Below, one piece after another: positions 20,885 to 29,990 of a DNA stretch of 64,000 bases. The notes beneath the pieces were generated by a model. The model was given only the letters and a program-made list of their open reading frames with translations, did no database searches and was not told the origin of the DNA. The stretch is from an uncultured bacterium. Lineage in GTDB: Bacteria; Patescibacteriota; JACMRA01. The DNA is taken from assembly GCA_963784355.1 (NCBI GenBank), contig CAWAQU010000006.1, forward strand, positions 14,517 to 78,516, given 5' to 3'. Position 1 is the first letter of the stretch. Every line of letters begins with the position of its first letter. Both the position numbers and the translations under genes were made by a program.

Positions 20885-21382
20885 TTATCTTAATATCATT
20901 TTAATGCCTTTTTTATGTGAGTTTTCCGAGTTTAAATACTCAAATCCAAACTTCAAGTAAAATTTATCAGCAACAGTTGTTTCAAGAAAAATTGGTTTAT
21001 TCTGGATTTTATACTTTAGTATTGCATTCATTAAATTTTGCCCGATACTAATATTTTGCCAACTAGGGTGAACGAACATAGATTTTAACTCCATACTTTC
21101 TTCTTTATTAACTAAAAAAACACTTCCTACTGCTTCATTATTTATTTTGGCAACTAAAGCTAAACTTTGTTTTTTGGCTAAAATTTGTTTTAATTCAGTT
21201 AGCTTTTTTGACCAGTTTATATTATTTATTTGCTCTTCGGTAGCTTGGTATTCGTCATTAACATAATTTTTGATATAACAAAGCCTCTGAATTTCTACTA
21301 TCTGCTCAAGATCAGTAATATCTGCATTAGAAAAAGATAGGTTTTGCAGTAACAAGATTTTGTCTTCGGATAAAGAGTTCAT
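20885..21382 (-). CDS. GNAT family N-acetyltransferase
   Basis: MFVHPSWQNISIGQNLM acetyl-CoA motif, FYLKFGF. Confidence 0.82.
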   Translation of the reverse strand: MNSLSEDKILLLQNLSFSNADITDLEQIVEIQRLCYIKNYVNDEYQATEEQINNINWSKKLTELKQILAKKQSLALVAKINNEAVGSVFLVNKEESMELKSMFVHPSWQNISIGQNLMNAILKYKIQNKPIFLETTVADKFYLKFGFEYLNSENSHKKGIKMILR

Positions 21383-21421
21383 AGTACGTTTTGCTTCTAT
21401 GTGTTATTAGAACAAACTTTG

Positions 21422-23438
21422 CTACTCCATCAATTTAAACTCTTCTGTTAATCTATCTACTTTGCTTTTTTTGCCGAATACTAAAACTCCTAAATAATTT
21501 AATTCAGTGGATTTTTTTGGTTCTTGTTTATCTCGAGCTTTTTCATCACTATTACTATCTCTCATTTCTTCAGTAAATACAGCTATTTTTAAACCCTCTT
21601 TTTCAGCAGCTCTTTTTAGCTCCAACAATTGCTCTCTAGAATCTGTTTGTTTGATAATAATTGTATGTTGAATATTCATTGGAATTTCCTCGCCATCCTG
21701 AGTCTCGAATCTATCTATACCTATAAGCCTATCTCCCTGCCTAGCTGCTAAAGAGGCAGCCAAATGAGCTGATGTAGCAAGTTTACTCCAAGTTGGTATT
21801 TCAGGGGTGTTTAAAAGGATGCTGTGAGCTACTAAAGTCTTACCGGGTTTTTCAGAATCATTGTCGCGACTTCTTGTGTGAGGAAATGTAACACACTCTT
21901 TTATATGCTTACCAAGTAAAAATGAAACCAATCTTTCACTCATTCCAAAACCTGCAAGTGGCGGAAGTCCATATTCTAGAGCTTTTACATAATCTTCATT
22001 CATAAACTGTGCCTCATCGTCACCTGCATCTCTAGCGGCTTGCTGCGCTTTAAATCTATCCAACTGGTCAATCGGATCATTTAACTCACTAAAACATTTG
22101 CCTAGTTCAGCGGTACCAGCTACAATTTGCCATCTGTGAACAAGCTTAGGATTTTCAGGATCTCGCTTAGCCAGTGGTTCTAATTCCACAGGTTGCTCAG
22201 CCAAAAATATTGGATTTTGAATATAAATTCTAGCGACTTTTTTATAGATTTTATCAATTAAATTACTCATTGAAGTGCCTTTTTCAATTTCAATTTTGTT
22301 TTCATTGGCTATCTCAAGCAATTCTTTATAAGTTTTATTTTCCAAATCTACTTTGTCACCGGAAAAATATCTAATTGCTTCAAAATATGGAATTACCGGC
22401 CAACCATTTACTAGTTTCCACCCATGTCTATCTGCTTCTTCCTGACTACACCAATTACCCCAATTTATACTTTTACCATTGTAATCAATTTGTTCATAAG
22501 TACCTAAAAATTCTTGTACTATACGTCTATAAATTCTTTGAATTAATGGCATTCCGTCAAAATAGTTGGCATAGGCCCAATAAAATTCGATTTGAGTATA
22601 TTCCTGAAGATGTTGAGGACTGTTACCTTCATTTCTAAAAATTCTGCCAATTTCAAAAACTTTTTCAAACCCACCGGCAATCAATTTTTTTAAAGGTAAT
22701 TCTAACGATATGCGTAAATAGACTTCTTGATTTAATTCATTATAATAGGTTGTAAATGGTTTTGCATCTGCTCCCCCCGGAATTGTTTCAAAAATAGGGC
22801 ATTCTACTTCCAAAAAACCTTCCTTAATCATTTCTTCGCGCCAAATCTGCCAGTATCTTGATTTAAGTTTAATTATATCACGGACGGATAAGCCGTTTTC
22901 ATCTTTGGTGTTCATTTTGAAATCTGCAACTTTATCCAAATACCTTGTCTCCACATTTTCATAATCTAATTGCTCAGGTAGGGGCCTAAGTGATTTAGTC
23001 AAAATTGTGTATTCCTCTACAAATAAACTAGGCTCGCCACGTTGAGAAAGGTCCAATTTGCCTGTTGCTTGAATATAGTCACCTTCATCAAATAAATCTT
23101 TATAATTTTCAAAACTTAACTTCTTTTCAGTATTATATTCTTGAGGTAAATCATCTTTTTTAAAAATGAATTGAAATCCCTCAGGTAGACTCTCATCCTC
23201 AATTGTGCCAAAAGCAATTTTACCGGACATTCTTTTAGATTTAACTCTTCCGGCCAATGTAACTTGCTGACCTTTGTTTTCCTCAAATTTTGATTTTATA
23301 TCATATAAGGTATAATCTCTTTTTAGAGTAGGGGGTAAAAGGATTTTGACCTAGATCTTCTAGTTTATACATTTTCTCAATACGAATTTGGCGTTGAGTT
23401 TCGACGGATGAATATGAAATACCTGCTTGTTGAGACAT
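21422..23438 (-). CDS. lysS: Class II lysyl-tRNA synthetase with C-terminal DUF2000/PTH2-like extension; single-base frameshift near 23320-23340
   Basis: GGADAKPF, YLRISLEL, FRNEG, GFGMSERL motifs; N-terminus MSQQAGISYSSVETQRQIRIEK from ATG 23438 joins the main frame after removing one base in the C5/A5 runs. Confidence 0.92.
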
Positions 23439-23462
23439 ATTGGAATGATATAGTTACCTAAT

Positions 23463-23489
23463 TAAAAAACAAACTCCCTGGAAGGGAGC
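23463..23489 (-). terminator. Attenuator terminator in lysS leader
   Basis: GCTCCC-TTCCA-GGGAGT-TTGTTTTTT on the minus strand between the leader ORF and lysS ATG. Confidence 0.8.
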
Positions 23490-23516
23490 ATAAAAATAAA
23501 TTAACCGAGCCCCCTT

Positions 23517-23567
23517 TTACTGAGAAGTTTTTTTAGAATTTTTCTTGGAGAAGACTACGAGTTTCAT
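23517..23567 (-). CDS. Putative lysS leader peptide MKLVVFSKKNSKKTSQ
   Basis: 16 codons, 5 Lys; ATG lies 7 nt after TATAAT of a TTGACA-N18-TATAAT promoter; followed by antiterminator and terminator. Confidence 0.72.
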   Translation of the reverse strand: MKLVVFSKKNSKKTSQ

Positions 23568-23574
23568 GACTACA

Positions 23575-23604
23575 ATTATAGGACGATTAAGATATAGCTG
23601 TCAA
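23575..23604 (-). promoter_or_regulatory. sigma70 promoter of the lysS leader
   Basis: Minus strand TTGACA-gctatatcttaatcgtcc-TATAAT. Confidence 0.8.
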
Positions 23605-23775
23605 GGATAGGGGATACTGCTATTAAAATTTACTATAAATAATTAATACGCATAAGATTTTACAGTCTTACAAACTTCAGCTATACTATCTCAGCACTAA
23701 ATAAAATACGAATATAAAAATATAAAGTAGCTTCTGTCACACAAAAGTACTATATTATTGAATAATCTATCCAAA

Positions 23776-24945
23776 ATGAAAAATGTATCTTTTAAAAAAG
23801 TGGCATTAGTACTGTCTTTAATTGCATTCAGTTTAATTGTCTGTGCAGGTCTGCTTATAGGGCAAAGTATAAATACAGCAAAAAATGTAACTATTATAGC
23901 CGGAAACCCAAATGATTCAAAGTCCAATATAATTTTTGATAAACAATCTGCACAAGCTGGTAGCCAGGCAATAATTAACCAGCCTAAACAATCTTTAGTT
24001 CCTAAGAAAGAGCCGGTAGAAACAACTAGGTTAGCTCAAACTGCTGCTGATCTGGCTTTTGATGAATATGAAAAATACGAAACCGAGTTAAAACAACTTG
24101 TAATTAGCCAAGATCCCACTGTGGCTTTAAGAAAACTAAACAGCGATATCCACACAGTAAAATCCGCACAAGAATACTGCCATAGTCTAACTCATGCCAT
24201 AGGTAATGCGGCGCTAGATAAATATGAAAATAGTGTAGAAAAATCTTTGGCCTACAATGTGGACATTTGTGGAGGAGGCTATGTGCACGGAATTATAGAA
24301 GAGTATTTAGAAAAAAATTCAAATGCGGAAAAAGAGATCATAACTATTTGTAAAAAAGCAAGCGACGGAACCTGTTTCCATGCAATTGGCCACGGTTTAA
24401 TGTTGATTTATAAAATGGACATAGATAAATCTGTTCAGGCTTGTAAGCGCTTATCTAATTTTACTAAAGAGCTTTGGTGTGGGGAAGGAGTATTTATGGA
24501 AAATTTTGACTCGGAAAATGTCTCAGATGCCAAGAAACCATTTCTAAAATCTGATGATCCTATTTATCCATGTAGCAATTATAGTGATCCATACAGCGAT
24601 GCTTGCTATTATTATTCAGGAAGGTATATTTTTAAGCAAAATAAAGATGATCCTAAGGCTGCTTTGCAAAAATGTATTACTGTAAAAATAAACTCGGGTA
24701 CATGTATTCGCGGCATGTCGGCAGGTATTTTACGTGCAGATTTATTGAATCCAAATATAATGGAAGATTATTGCAATTCTGTTCCAAAATATAAATCAAA
24801 TTGTCTGCAAGGGGCCGTTAATTACCACTTATTCATGTTTGGAAACAATGATAAGACTAAAACTGAAATGTGTAATAAATTCATTGATATCACAAATAAA
24901 AATACCTGCATTAACCTGATTGCCCAGTCTCCTTTTAAAAACTAA
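23776..24945 (+). CDS. Membrane-anchored/secreted Cys- and His-rich helical-repeat protein
   Basis: N-terminal TM; CHSLTHAIG, CGGGYVHG, CFHAIGHG, CGEGVFMEN repeats. Confidence 0.75.
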   Translation: MKNVSFKKVALVLSLIAFSLIVCAGLLIGQSINTAKNVTIIAGNPNDSKSNIIFDKQSAQAGSQAIINQPKQSLVPKKEPVETTRLAQTAADLAFDEYEKYETELKQLVISQDPTVALRKLNSDIHTVKSAQEYCHSLTHAIGNAALDKYENSVEKSLAYNVDICGGGYVHGIIEEYLEKNSNAEKEIITICKKASDGTCFHAIGHGLMLIYKMDIDKSVQACKRLSNFTKELWCGEGVFMENFDSENVSDAKKPFLKSDDPIYPCSNYSDPYSDACYYYSGRYIFKQNKDDPKAALQKCITVKINSGTCIRGMSAGILRADLLNPNIMEDYCNSVPKYKSNCLQGAVNYHLFMFGNNDKTKTEMCNKFIDITNKNTCINLIAQSPFKN

Positions 24946-25003
24946 GTTTTATAGGTCCAGCGTTAATATTACAAGTTTACACAATTATTTCATCAAATAT
25001 ACA

Positions 25004-25015
25004 TTATACGAAGTC
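25004..25015 (-). repeat. dif-arm copy 2
   Basis: Minus strand GACTTCGTATAA-TGTATA-TTTGATGAAAT, intergenic. Confidence 0.85.
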
Positions 25016-25079
25016 TAAAGCTGAATCAAAATTATAAGCTTGACACAAAACAGGGAAGGTAGTAAAAAATGAGTAATTT

Positions 25080-25622
25080 ATGAAAGAACTAAAACTCAAT
25101 AGGAGTCTTTTATCAGGCTATTATGTATCTATTTTAATTTCTTTCTTTTTGTTTCAGCTAATTAAAGAATCTATTGTAAATCTTTGGACGACTTGGTTTA
25201 TTAGTTTCTTGGCTGCCGCATTTAAAATTAATGCTACAACGAGTGGGGCAACTTGGTTATCTTTAGTATTTATCTGTTTTATTGTTGTATTTGTTATTAG
25301 GCGCTTTGTGGTTGAGGTCCTAAATTTATATTCAGATAATGAGTCTTATAAACCATGGGAAAGTGGTGTTTTACTTATTTTAGTGGCCGGTTACTTTATC
25401 TATGTAGTAAACAAAGTTTTTAGCCAGCCGATGCCTTCTGCATGGTTTCCAGATTTTTTAGTAAAATTGTTAGGTGGAAATGGGGAAGGTATAGAAGTTG
25501 TTGCTTTATCAGTAGAGGAAAAAAATGCTTGGACTATTGTGCCCTGGCTTTGGACTATTGGCCCTGTAGCCTTTATGTATTTTCGTACAATTGCTTCAAA
25601 ATTTAAGTCAGGTGAAAAGTAA
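25080..25622 (+). CDS. Hypothetical membrane protein
   Basis: 180-aa ORF with 4-5 TM segments. Confidence 0.7.
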   Translation: MKELKLNRSLLSGYYVSILISFFLFQLIKESIVNLWTTWFISFLAAAFKINATTSGATWLSLVFICFIVVFVIRRFVVEVLNLYSDNESYKPWESGVLLILVAGYFIYVVNKVFSQPMPSAWFPDFLVKLLGGNGEGIEVVALSVEEKNAWTIVPWLWTIGPVAFMYFRTIASKFKSGEK

Positions 25623-25828
25623 AGACTTGCCAAAATTTGAAAAATTGTTTTAGATAATAAAGTTATAATATAGTTTGCGTTAAAAATGTTGGTTATTTGC
25701 AGTGTAATTGTATTAAATTATTCAAGCTTTATTGTAACAATTTGCTTAGACTGAATGTAGTTTCAGTTTACAATAAGCTATAAAGTAATAACTTTAATCA
25801 TTTATATTATATAATAATCAATATTTTT

Positions 25829-27184
25829 ATGTACGAAAATAATAATTCAGATAGAAGAAGATCATCATCATCAAACTCAAGTTCAAGCAGAAGTAGTAGA
25901 CCATCAAGTGGAGGTTTCGGAGGATCAGACAGAAATAGCTCAGATAGGGGTGGAGATAGAAGAAGATCATCATTTGGCGGAGGTAGATCATCAGGAGGTT
26001 TTGGTGGTGGTAATTCAGGGGGTGGAAACAGAGGAGGAGGCAGAAGATTTGGTAGACCAGTTAAAAGATCCAATTATGATCTTTATATTAAAGCTGCTAC
26101 AGAAAAAACCGAAGAAAAGAAATACAATTCAACTTTTTTATTTAAAGATTTAGAGGTAGACAAAGGACTAGTGGAAGCAATTTTAGCTTTAGGTTTTGTT
26201 GCACCTACACCAATACAAGATATGGCAATTCCTCATATTCTTGCTAAAAAAGATGTGATTGGTTTGGCTAGCACCGGTACTGGTAAAACAGGAGCATTTT
26301 TGATTCCTTTGATCCAGCAAGCTATAGAACATGAAGATAAAAGAGAAGAATGGCAGACTTTGATCATTGCTCCAACTAGGGAATTAGCTCTACAAATAAA
26401 TGAAGAATTTTCAAAATTTAGGCCAAGAAATCCAAAACTTTTCTCAGCTGTTTGTATTGGAGGATCAAACATGTATACTCAGATCCAAAATATGAAGAAA
26501 AAGAACCACTTCATAATTGGTACCCCAGGTAGAATAAAAGATTTAATTGAACGCAAGATTTTGAACTTAAGTAAATTTAAGTGTGTTGTATTAGATGAGG
26601 TTGATAGAATGTTAGATATGGGATTTATAGACGATATAAATTTGATTGTCTCTAAACTTCCTCCTGAACGCCAAAGTTTATTCTTCTCAGCTACACTTAG
26701 TAGAAATTTAGTTCCTATTGCAAATGCATTCTTAACTAATCCTGTCACTGTATCAATGGATGAATCAGGGCCAAGTCAAAATGTCCATCAAGATGTTGTA
26801 AAAACTACTAACAGATCTCATAAAATTGAAGCTTTACAAGAAATTTTAGCATCAGATAATTGTACTAAATCTTTGATTTTTACTCAAACTAAGATGGAAG
26901 CTGAAAATTTAAATGATGAGTTATATAAACTCGGCTATAGGTCAGAGTCTATTCATGGAGACAAAAAATTAGCTTACAGAAAGAGAGCTTTAGACTCGTT
27001 TAAAACCGGTAGAGTATCCATTTTAGTAGCTACTGATGTGGCAGCTAGAGGTATTGATGTGAAAGATATTAGTCATGTAATCAACTATGACGAGCCAGAG
27101 AATTACGATACATATATTCACCGTATCGGTCGAACAGGTAGGGGAGGCAGCACAGGATGGGCTATTACTTTTGTAAACGCTTAG
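25829..27184 (+). CDS. DEAD-box RNA helicase with N-terminal RS/RGG-rich tail
   Basis: PTPIQ, TGTGKT, PTRELA, TPGR, DEVD, SAT, ARGID, HRIGRTGR. Confidence 0.96.
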   Translation: MYENNNSDRRRSSSSNSSSSRSSRPSSGGFGGSDRNSSDRGGDRRRSSFGGGRSSGGFGGGNSGGGNRGGGRRFGRPVKRSNYDLYIKAATEKTEEKKYNSTFLFKDLEVDKGLVEAILALGFVAPTPIQDMAIPHILAKKDVIGLASTGTGKTGAFLIPLIQQAIEHEDKREEWQTLIIAPTRELALQINEEFSKFRPRNPKLFSAVCIGGSNMYTQIQNMKKKNHFIIGTPGRIKDLIERKILNLSKFKCVVLDEVDRMLDMGFIDDINLIVSKLPPERQSLFFSATLSRNLVPIANAFLTNPVTVSMDESGPSQNVHQDVVKTTNRSHKIEALQEILASDNCTKSLIFTQTKMEAENLNDELYKLGYRSESIHGDKKLAYRKRALDSFKTGRVSILVATDVAARGIDVKDISHVINYDEPENYDTYIHRIGRTGRGGSTGWAITFVNA

Positions 27185-27204
27185 CCATTTTTAAGACCAG
27201 AAAT

Positions 27205-27855
27205 TTAAAAAAATACCCAAACACTTAAATATCCGGAAACAATTGGTAGCATTAAATTGTCCCAACCATCTCCAAACACAGCTTCAACACAAGTTAGAAA
27301 TAAAGAACTAACTATACTTTTGCTAAATCTATCTCCAGTAATGCCCAGATTGTAGATAGGCAATAGAAATAGCATAAGTAAGACTGTGACAGTAAAAAAA
27401 GTAATGCTACCTTCAATTGTTTTCTCTACTCCAATTTGAAATTTGATCTTTCCATAAAGTTTACCTACTACGGCAGCTAAAGCATCAGAGAAACCTAAAA
27501 TTAGACAACACATTTGGTAAACATATGGCTCAAAGTTCCAAAAAGTTATCGCTGCAATCATTAGTCCCAGGACGAAAAATTGTGGCGATTTTGTTTTCAT
27601 GTAATATTCACCTTGAAATAACCAGACAAATAAACCTAATTGTTTTGAAATCGTAAGTATTAATATAAAAGCAAAACCGGAAATGATAACTGTATTTATA
27701 CTCATCCAGTAGGGTAGCAATAAAGCGATAATAGAACCTGCAATATGGGTTATATTTCTAGCAAAGTAATTCGGTGTATTTAGCCTATGAGCAATCTCAC
27801 CCAAGGCCATAGATACACAAAATAAGGCTCCAATTATCACTGCGTGCAATATCAT
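27205..27855 (-). CDS. CTP-dependent polyprenol/phytol/dolichol kinase-like (SEC59/DGK1/VTE5) membrane protein
   Basis: RNITHI, LGFSDALAAVVG, KTIEGS, GWDNLMLP motifs. Confidence 0.8.
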   Translation of the reverse strand: MILHAVIIGALFCVSMALGEIAHRLNTPNYFARNITHIAGSIIALLLPYWMSINTVIISGFAFILILTISKQLGLFVWLFQGEYYMKTKSPQFFVLGLMIAAITFWNFEPYVYQMCCLILGFSDALAAVVGKLYGKIKFQIGVEKTIEGSITFFTVTVLLMLFLLPIYNLGITGDRFSKSIVSSLFLTCVEAVFGDGWDNLMLPIVSGYLSVWVFF

Positions 27856-27929
27856 TACATTAATTATACCCTAAAACTTATGTTTAGTCTAATTCAAGGC
27901 AATCATTTATACTTTAAGTGATTAGAATC

Positions 27930-28976
27930 TTAAAATCCCAATAAATTAATCTCCGTTTCCAAATCAAGGTTATATTTTATTTTAGCTTCAGATTTTACAG
28001 CGTTGATTAGTTTCATCACATCTTCAGCTTTTCCCTCACCCTTATTTTCAATGAAATTGGCGTGTTTATCTGAAATCATGACTTCACCCTGAGTTTTTCC
28101 TTTCCAATTAAATTCTTTATCTACGATATAACCGACGCTTGGGGTAGGGAACCCTAATTCAGCTTGTTTTTCCAATGGTATATTTTTAAATGTGCATCCT
28201 GCGGTTCTACGTGGTTGAATTCTTTTGCGTTTCATCCATTCATTTGCTACAAATTTCGCTTTTTCTATATCTCCTTTAAATAAATTGAGTGTGACTGAAA
28301 CTACTATAATATTTTTATTGTCTCTTAAAACACTTTGATCATATCCGAAATTAAAATCTTTAAATAAAAATTCTTGTAACTTGCCATCGACTAGGACTTC
28401 TGCAGAATAAAAATTGTCAGAAAAATGTTTGGTGCCTCCATGGATATTATTAAATAAGGCTCCTCCAATTGTACCTGGAATTCCGGCAAAGAATTGCAAT
28501 CCGCTTATTTCATTTTTTAGTGTCCAAGCAATTGCCCAAGATAAATCTACACCTGAATCAAATTTCACTTTAGTTCTTTGGCCAGATTCTTCATAATCTA
28601 GATCTTTAAATGAGTAAAAACTTCCATCTTCTTCACCGTGTCTTGGTGGAATCCAAGGATTGTAAGCCTCTGCATCGACAGCACTGATTTTAGCTGTCTC
28701 AGTATGTTCTAAAAGCTCAATGTTTTTGGATTTATTTATAATAACCAATCCTTTTATACCACTATCTGAGATAAGTACATTTGAGCCACCACCAAGGATA
28801 GTGTAGGGGATATCATTCTCAATTGATATATTTACAAGTTCGATTAAATCTTTAGAGCTAGTTAATTCAACTAAATATTCTGCTGGGCCACCGATTTTCC
28901 AAGTGGTGTAGGGGGCTAATGGGCAACTTAGTTTTGGATTGAACTTAGATATTTGATTTAAAAAGATTGTGTTCAT
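27930..28976 (-). CDS. murB: UDP-N-acetylenolpyruvoylglucosamine reductase
   Basis: TWKIGGPA, LGGGSN, GIPGTIGGA, AGCTFKN, SDKHANF, LETE. Confidence 0.94.
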   Translation of the reverse strand: MNTIFLNQISKFNPKLSCPLAPYTTWKIGGPAEYLVELTSSKDLIELVNISIENDIPYTILGGGSNVLISDSGIKGLVIINKSKNIELLEHTETAKISAVDAEAYNPWIPPRHGEEDGSFYSFKDLDYEESGQRTKVKFDSGVDLSWAIAWTLKNEISGLQFFAGIPGTIGGALFNNIHGGTKHFSDNFYSAEVLVDGKLQEFLFKDFNFGYDQSVLRDNKNIIVVSVTLNLFKGDIEKAKFVANEWMKRKRIQPRRTAGCTFKNIPLEKQAELGFPTPSVGYIVDKEFNWKGKTQGEVMISDKHANFIENKGEGKAEDVMKLINAVKSEAKIKYNLDLETEINLLGF

Positions 28977-29087
28977 AGGGTTGAATTTTAGTCATTTACT
29001 AGCTTTTGTCAAGTAAGCCTTATATCATATATGATATATTATTGTATTTTTGACATTAAAGGTACTAGCTGCAATTATATGATTATA

Positions 29088-29990
29088 ATGAACTATTATA
29101 TAGTTTTACCGAGTAAAAAGATACCGCAGCCCTATTTAACTTATAAGTATACTGAAGAGTTGGAAGTAGGTAGAATAATTGAAGTAAACGTTAGAAATGC
29201 TAGTGTGTGGGCTGTGGTACTAAAAAAAGTGGATGTAAGTAGCTTAAAATTTGATGAATCCAAAGTTAAAGAGATTGAAAATAAATTACCTGTAATATTG
29301 GGGGAGCAAAATATAAAATTTTTATATGCCTTTAGTCAAAATACTTTTAACACATTAAATACAGTTTTAAATTCATTTTTACAACCATTTAAATTATTAA
29401 CAAAAAAGCAATGGTCTGAACTTAGTTCGAAACAAGTGGAATTGGCTCAAAATACCCCCCCGGCTTCTGGAAGTGGTTTCAATGTATTATTTGATCTAAA
29501 TATATATACCACGTTACGTATAATATACATTATACGAAGTCATTTAAATACAACAAAAAAAAGAATACTACTAGTCTTCCCTGAAACAAAACACATCAAT
29601 CGATTTTTAGATGAACTTACTAATCAACAAGATTTTACTGAAATAAAGAAAAAGCTCGACATTTTTATATATACAGGCTCTCCGGATAAAGAATCAAAGA
29701 AAACTGTGTGGAGTATTTTAAATCAAAATTCTAAGACTACTATTATACTTTCAACTCGCAGCGGACTCTTTCTACCATTTAATAAGTTGGATGAAATAAT
29801 ATTAGTTGATGAAGCAAATTCATTTCATATTCAAGACCAAAATCAGATTTATTTTGATACGCGTGACGTTATTTACCTAATGGCCCAGAGTTTTCAGTCC
29901 AAATTGACCTTCTTAAGTACCCTACCCTCAATTAGGCTCTATAATTTCTATCAGAGCGAAGTTTTTACTCAGTTTAAGGAAAAGTATTGA
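29088..29990 (+). CDS. priA: PriA N-terminal part (3'-DNA-binding domain + degenerate helicase lobe)
   Basis: LTYKY..ELEVGRIIEV, LLVFPE, STRSGLFLPF..L..IILVDEA, YFDTRDV, FLSTLPS; no intact Walker A. Confidence 0.78.
   Translation: MNYYIVLPSKKIPQPYLTYKYTEELEVGRIIEVNVRNASVWAVVLKKVDVSSLKFDESKVKEIENKLPVILGEQNIKFLYAFSQNTFNTLNTVLNSFLQPFKLLTKKQWSELSSKQVELAQNTPPASGSGFNVLFDLNIYTTLRIIYIIRSHLNTTKKRILLVFPETKHINRFLDELTNQQDFTEIKKKLDIFIYTGSPDKESKKTVWSILNQNSKTTIILSTRSGLFLPFNKLDEIILVDEANSFHIQDQNQIYFDTRDVIYLMAQSFQSKLTFLSTLPSIRLYNFYQSEVFTQFKEKY
29513..29540. other. Chromosomal dif-like Xer recombination site embedded in priA
   Basis: GTTACGTATAA-TATACA-TTATACGAAGT (11-6-11); minus-strand spacer TGTATA equals the E. 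coli dif spacer; KOPS converge on it; G/C skew flips. Confidence 0.8.

Noticed and set aside
23300-23345. lysS frameshift as pseudogenisation or programmed frameshift
   Set aside because: Essential gene, otherwise intact; one extra base in adjacent C5/A5 homopolymers, and a similar indel at 20120 points to sequencing or assembly error.
29988-29990. TGA recoding (genetic code 25 or 4)
   Set aside because: Reading through TGA does not join the priA halves in frame, and long core genes are intact under the standard code.
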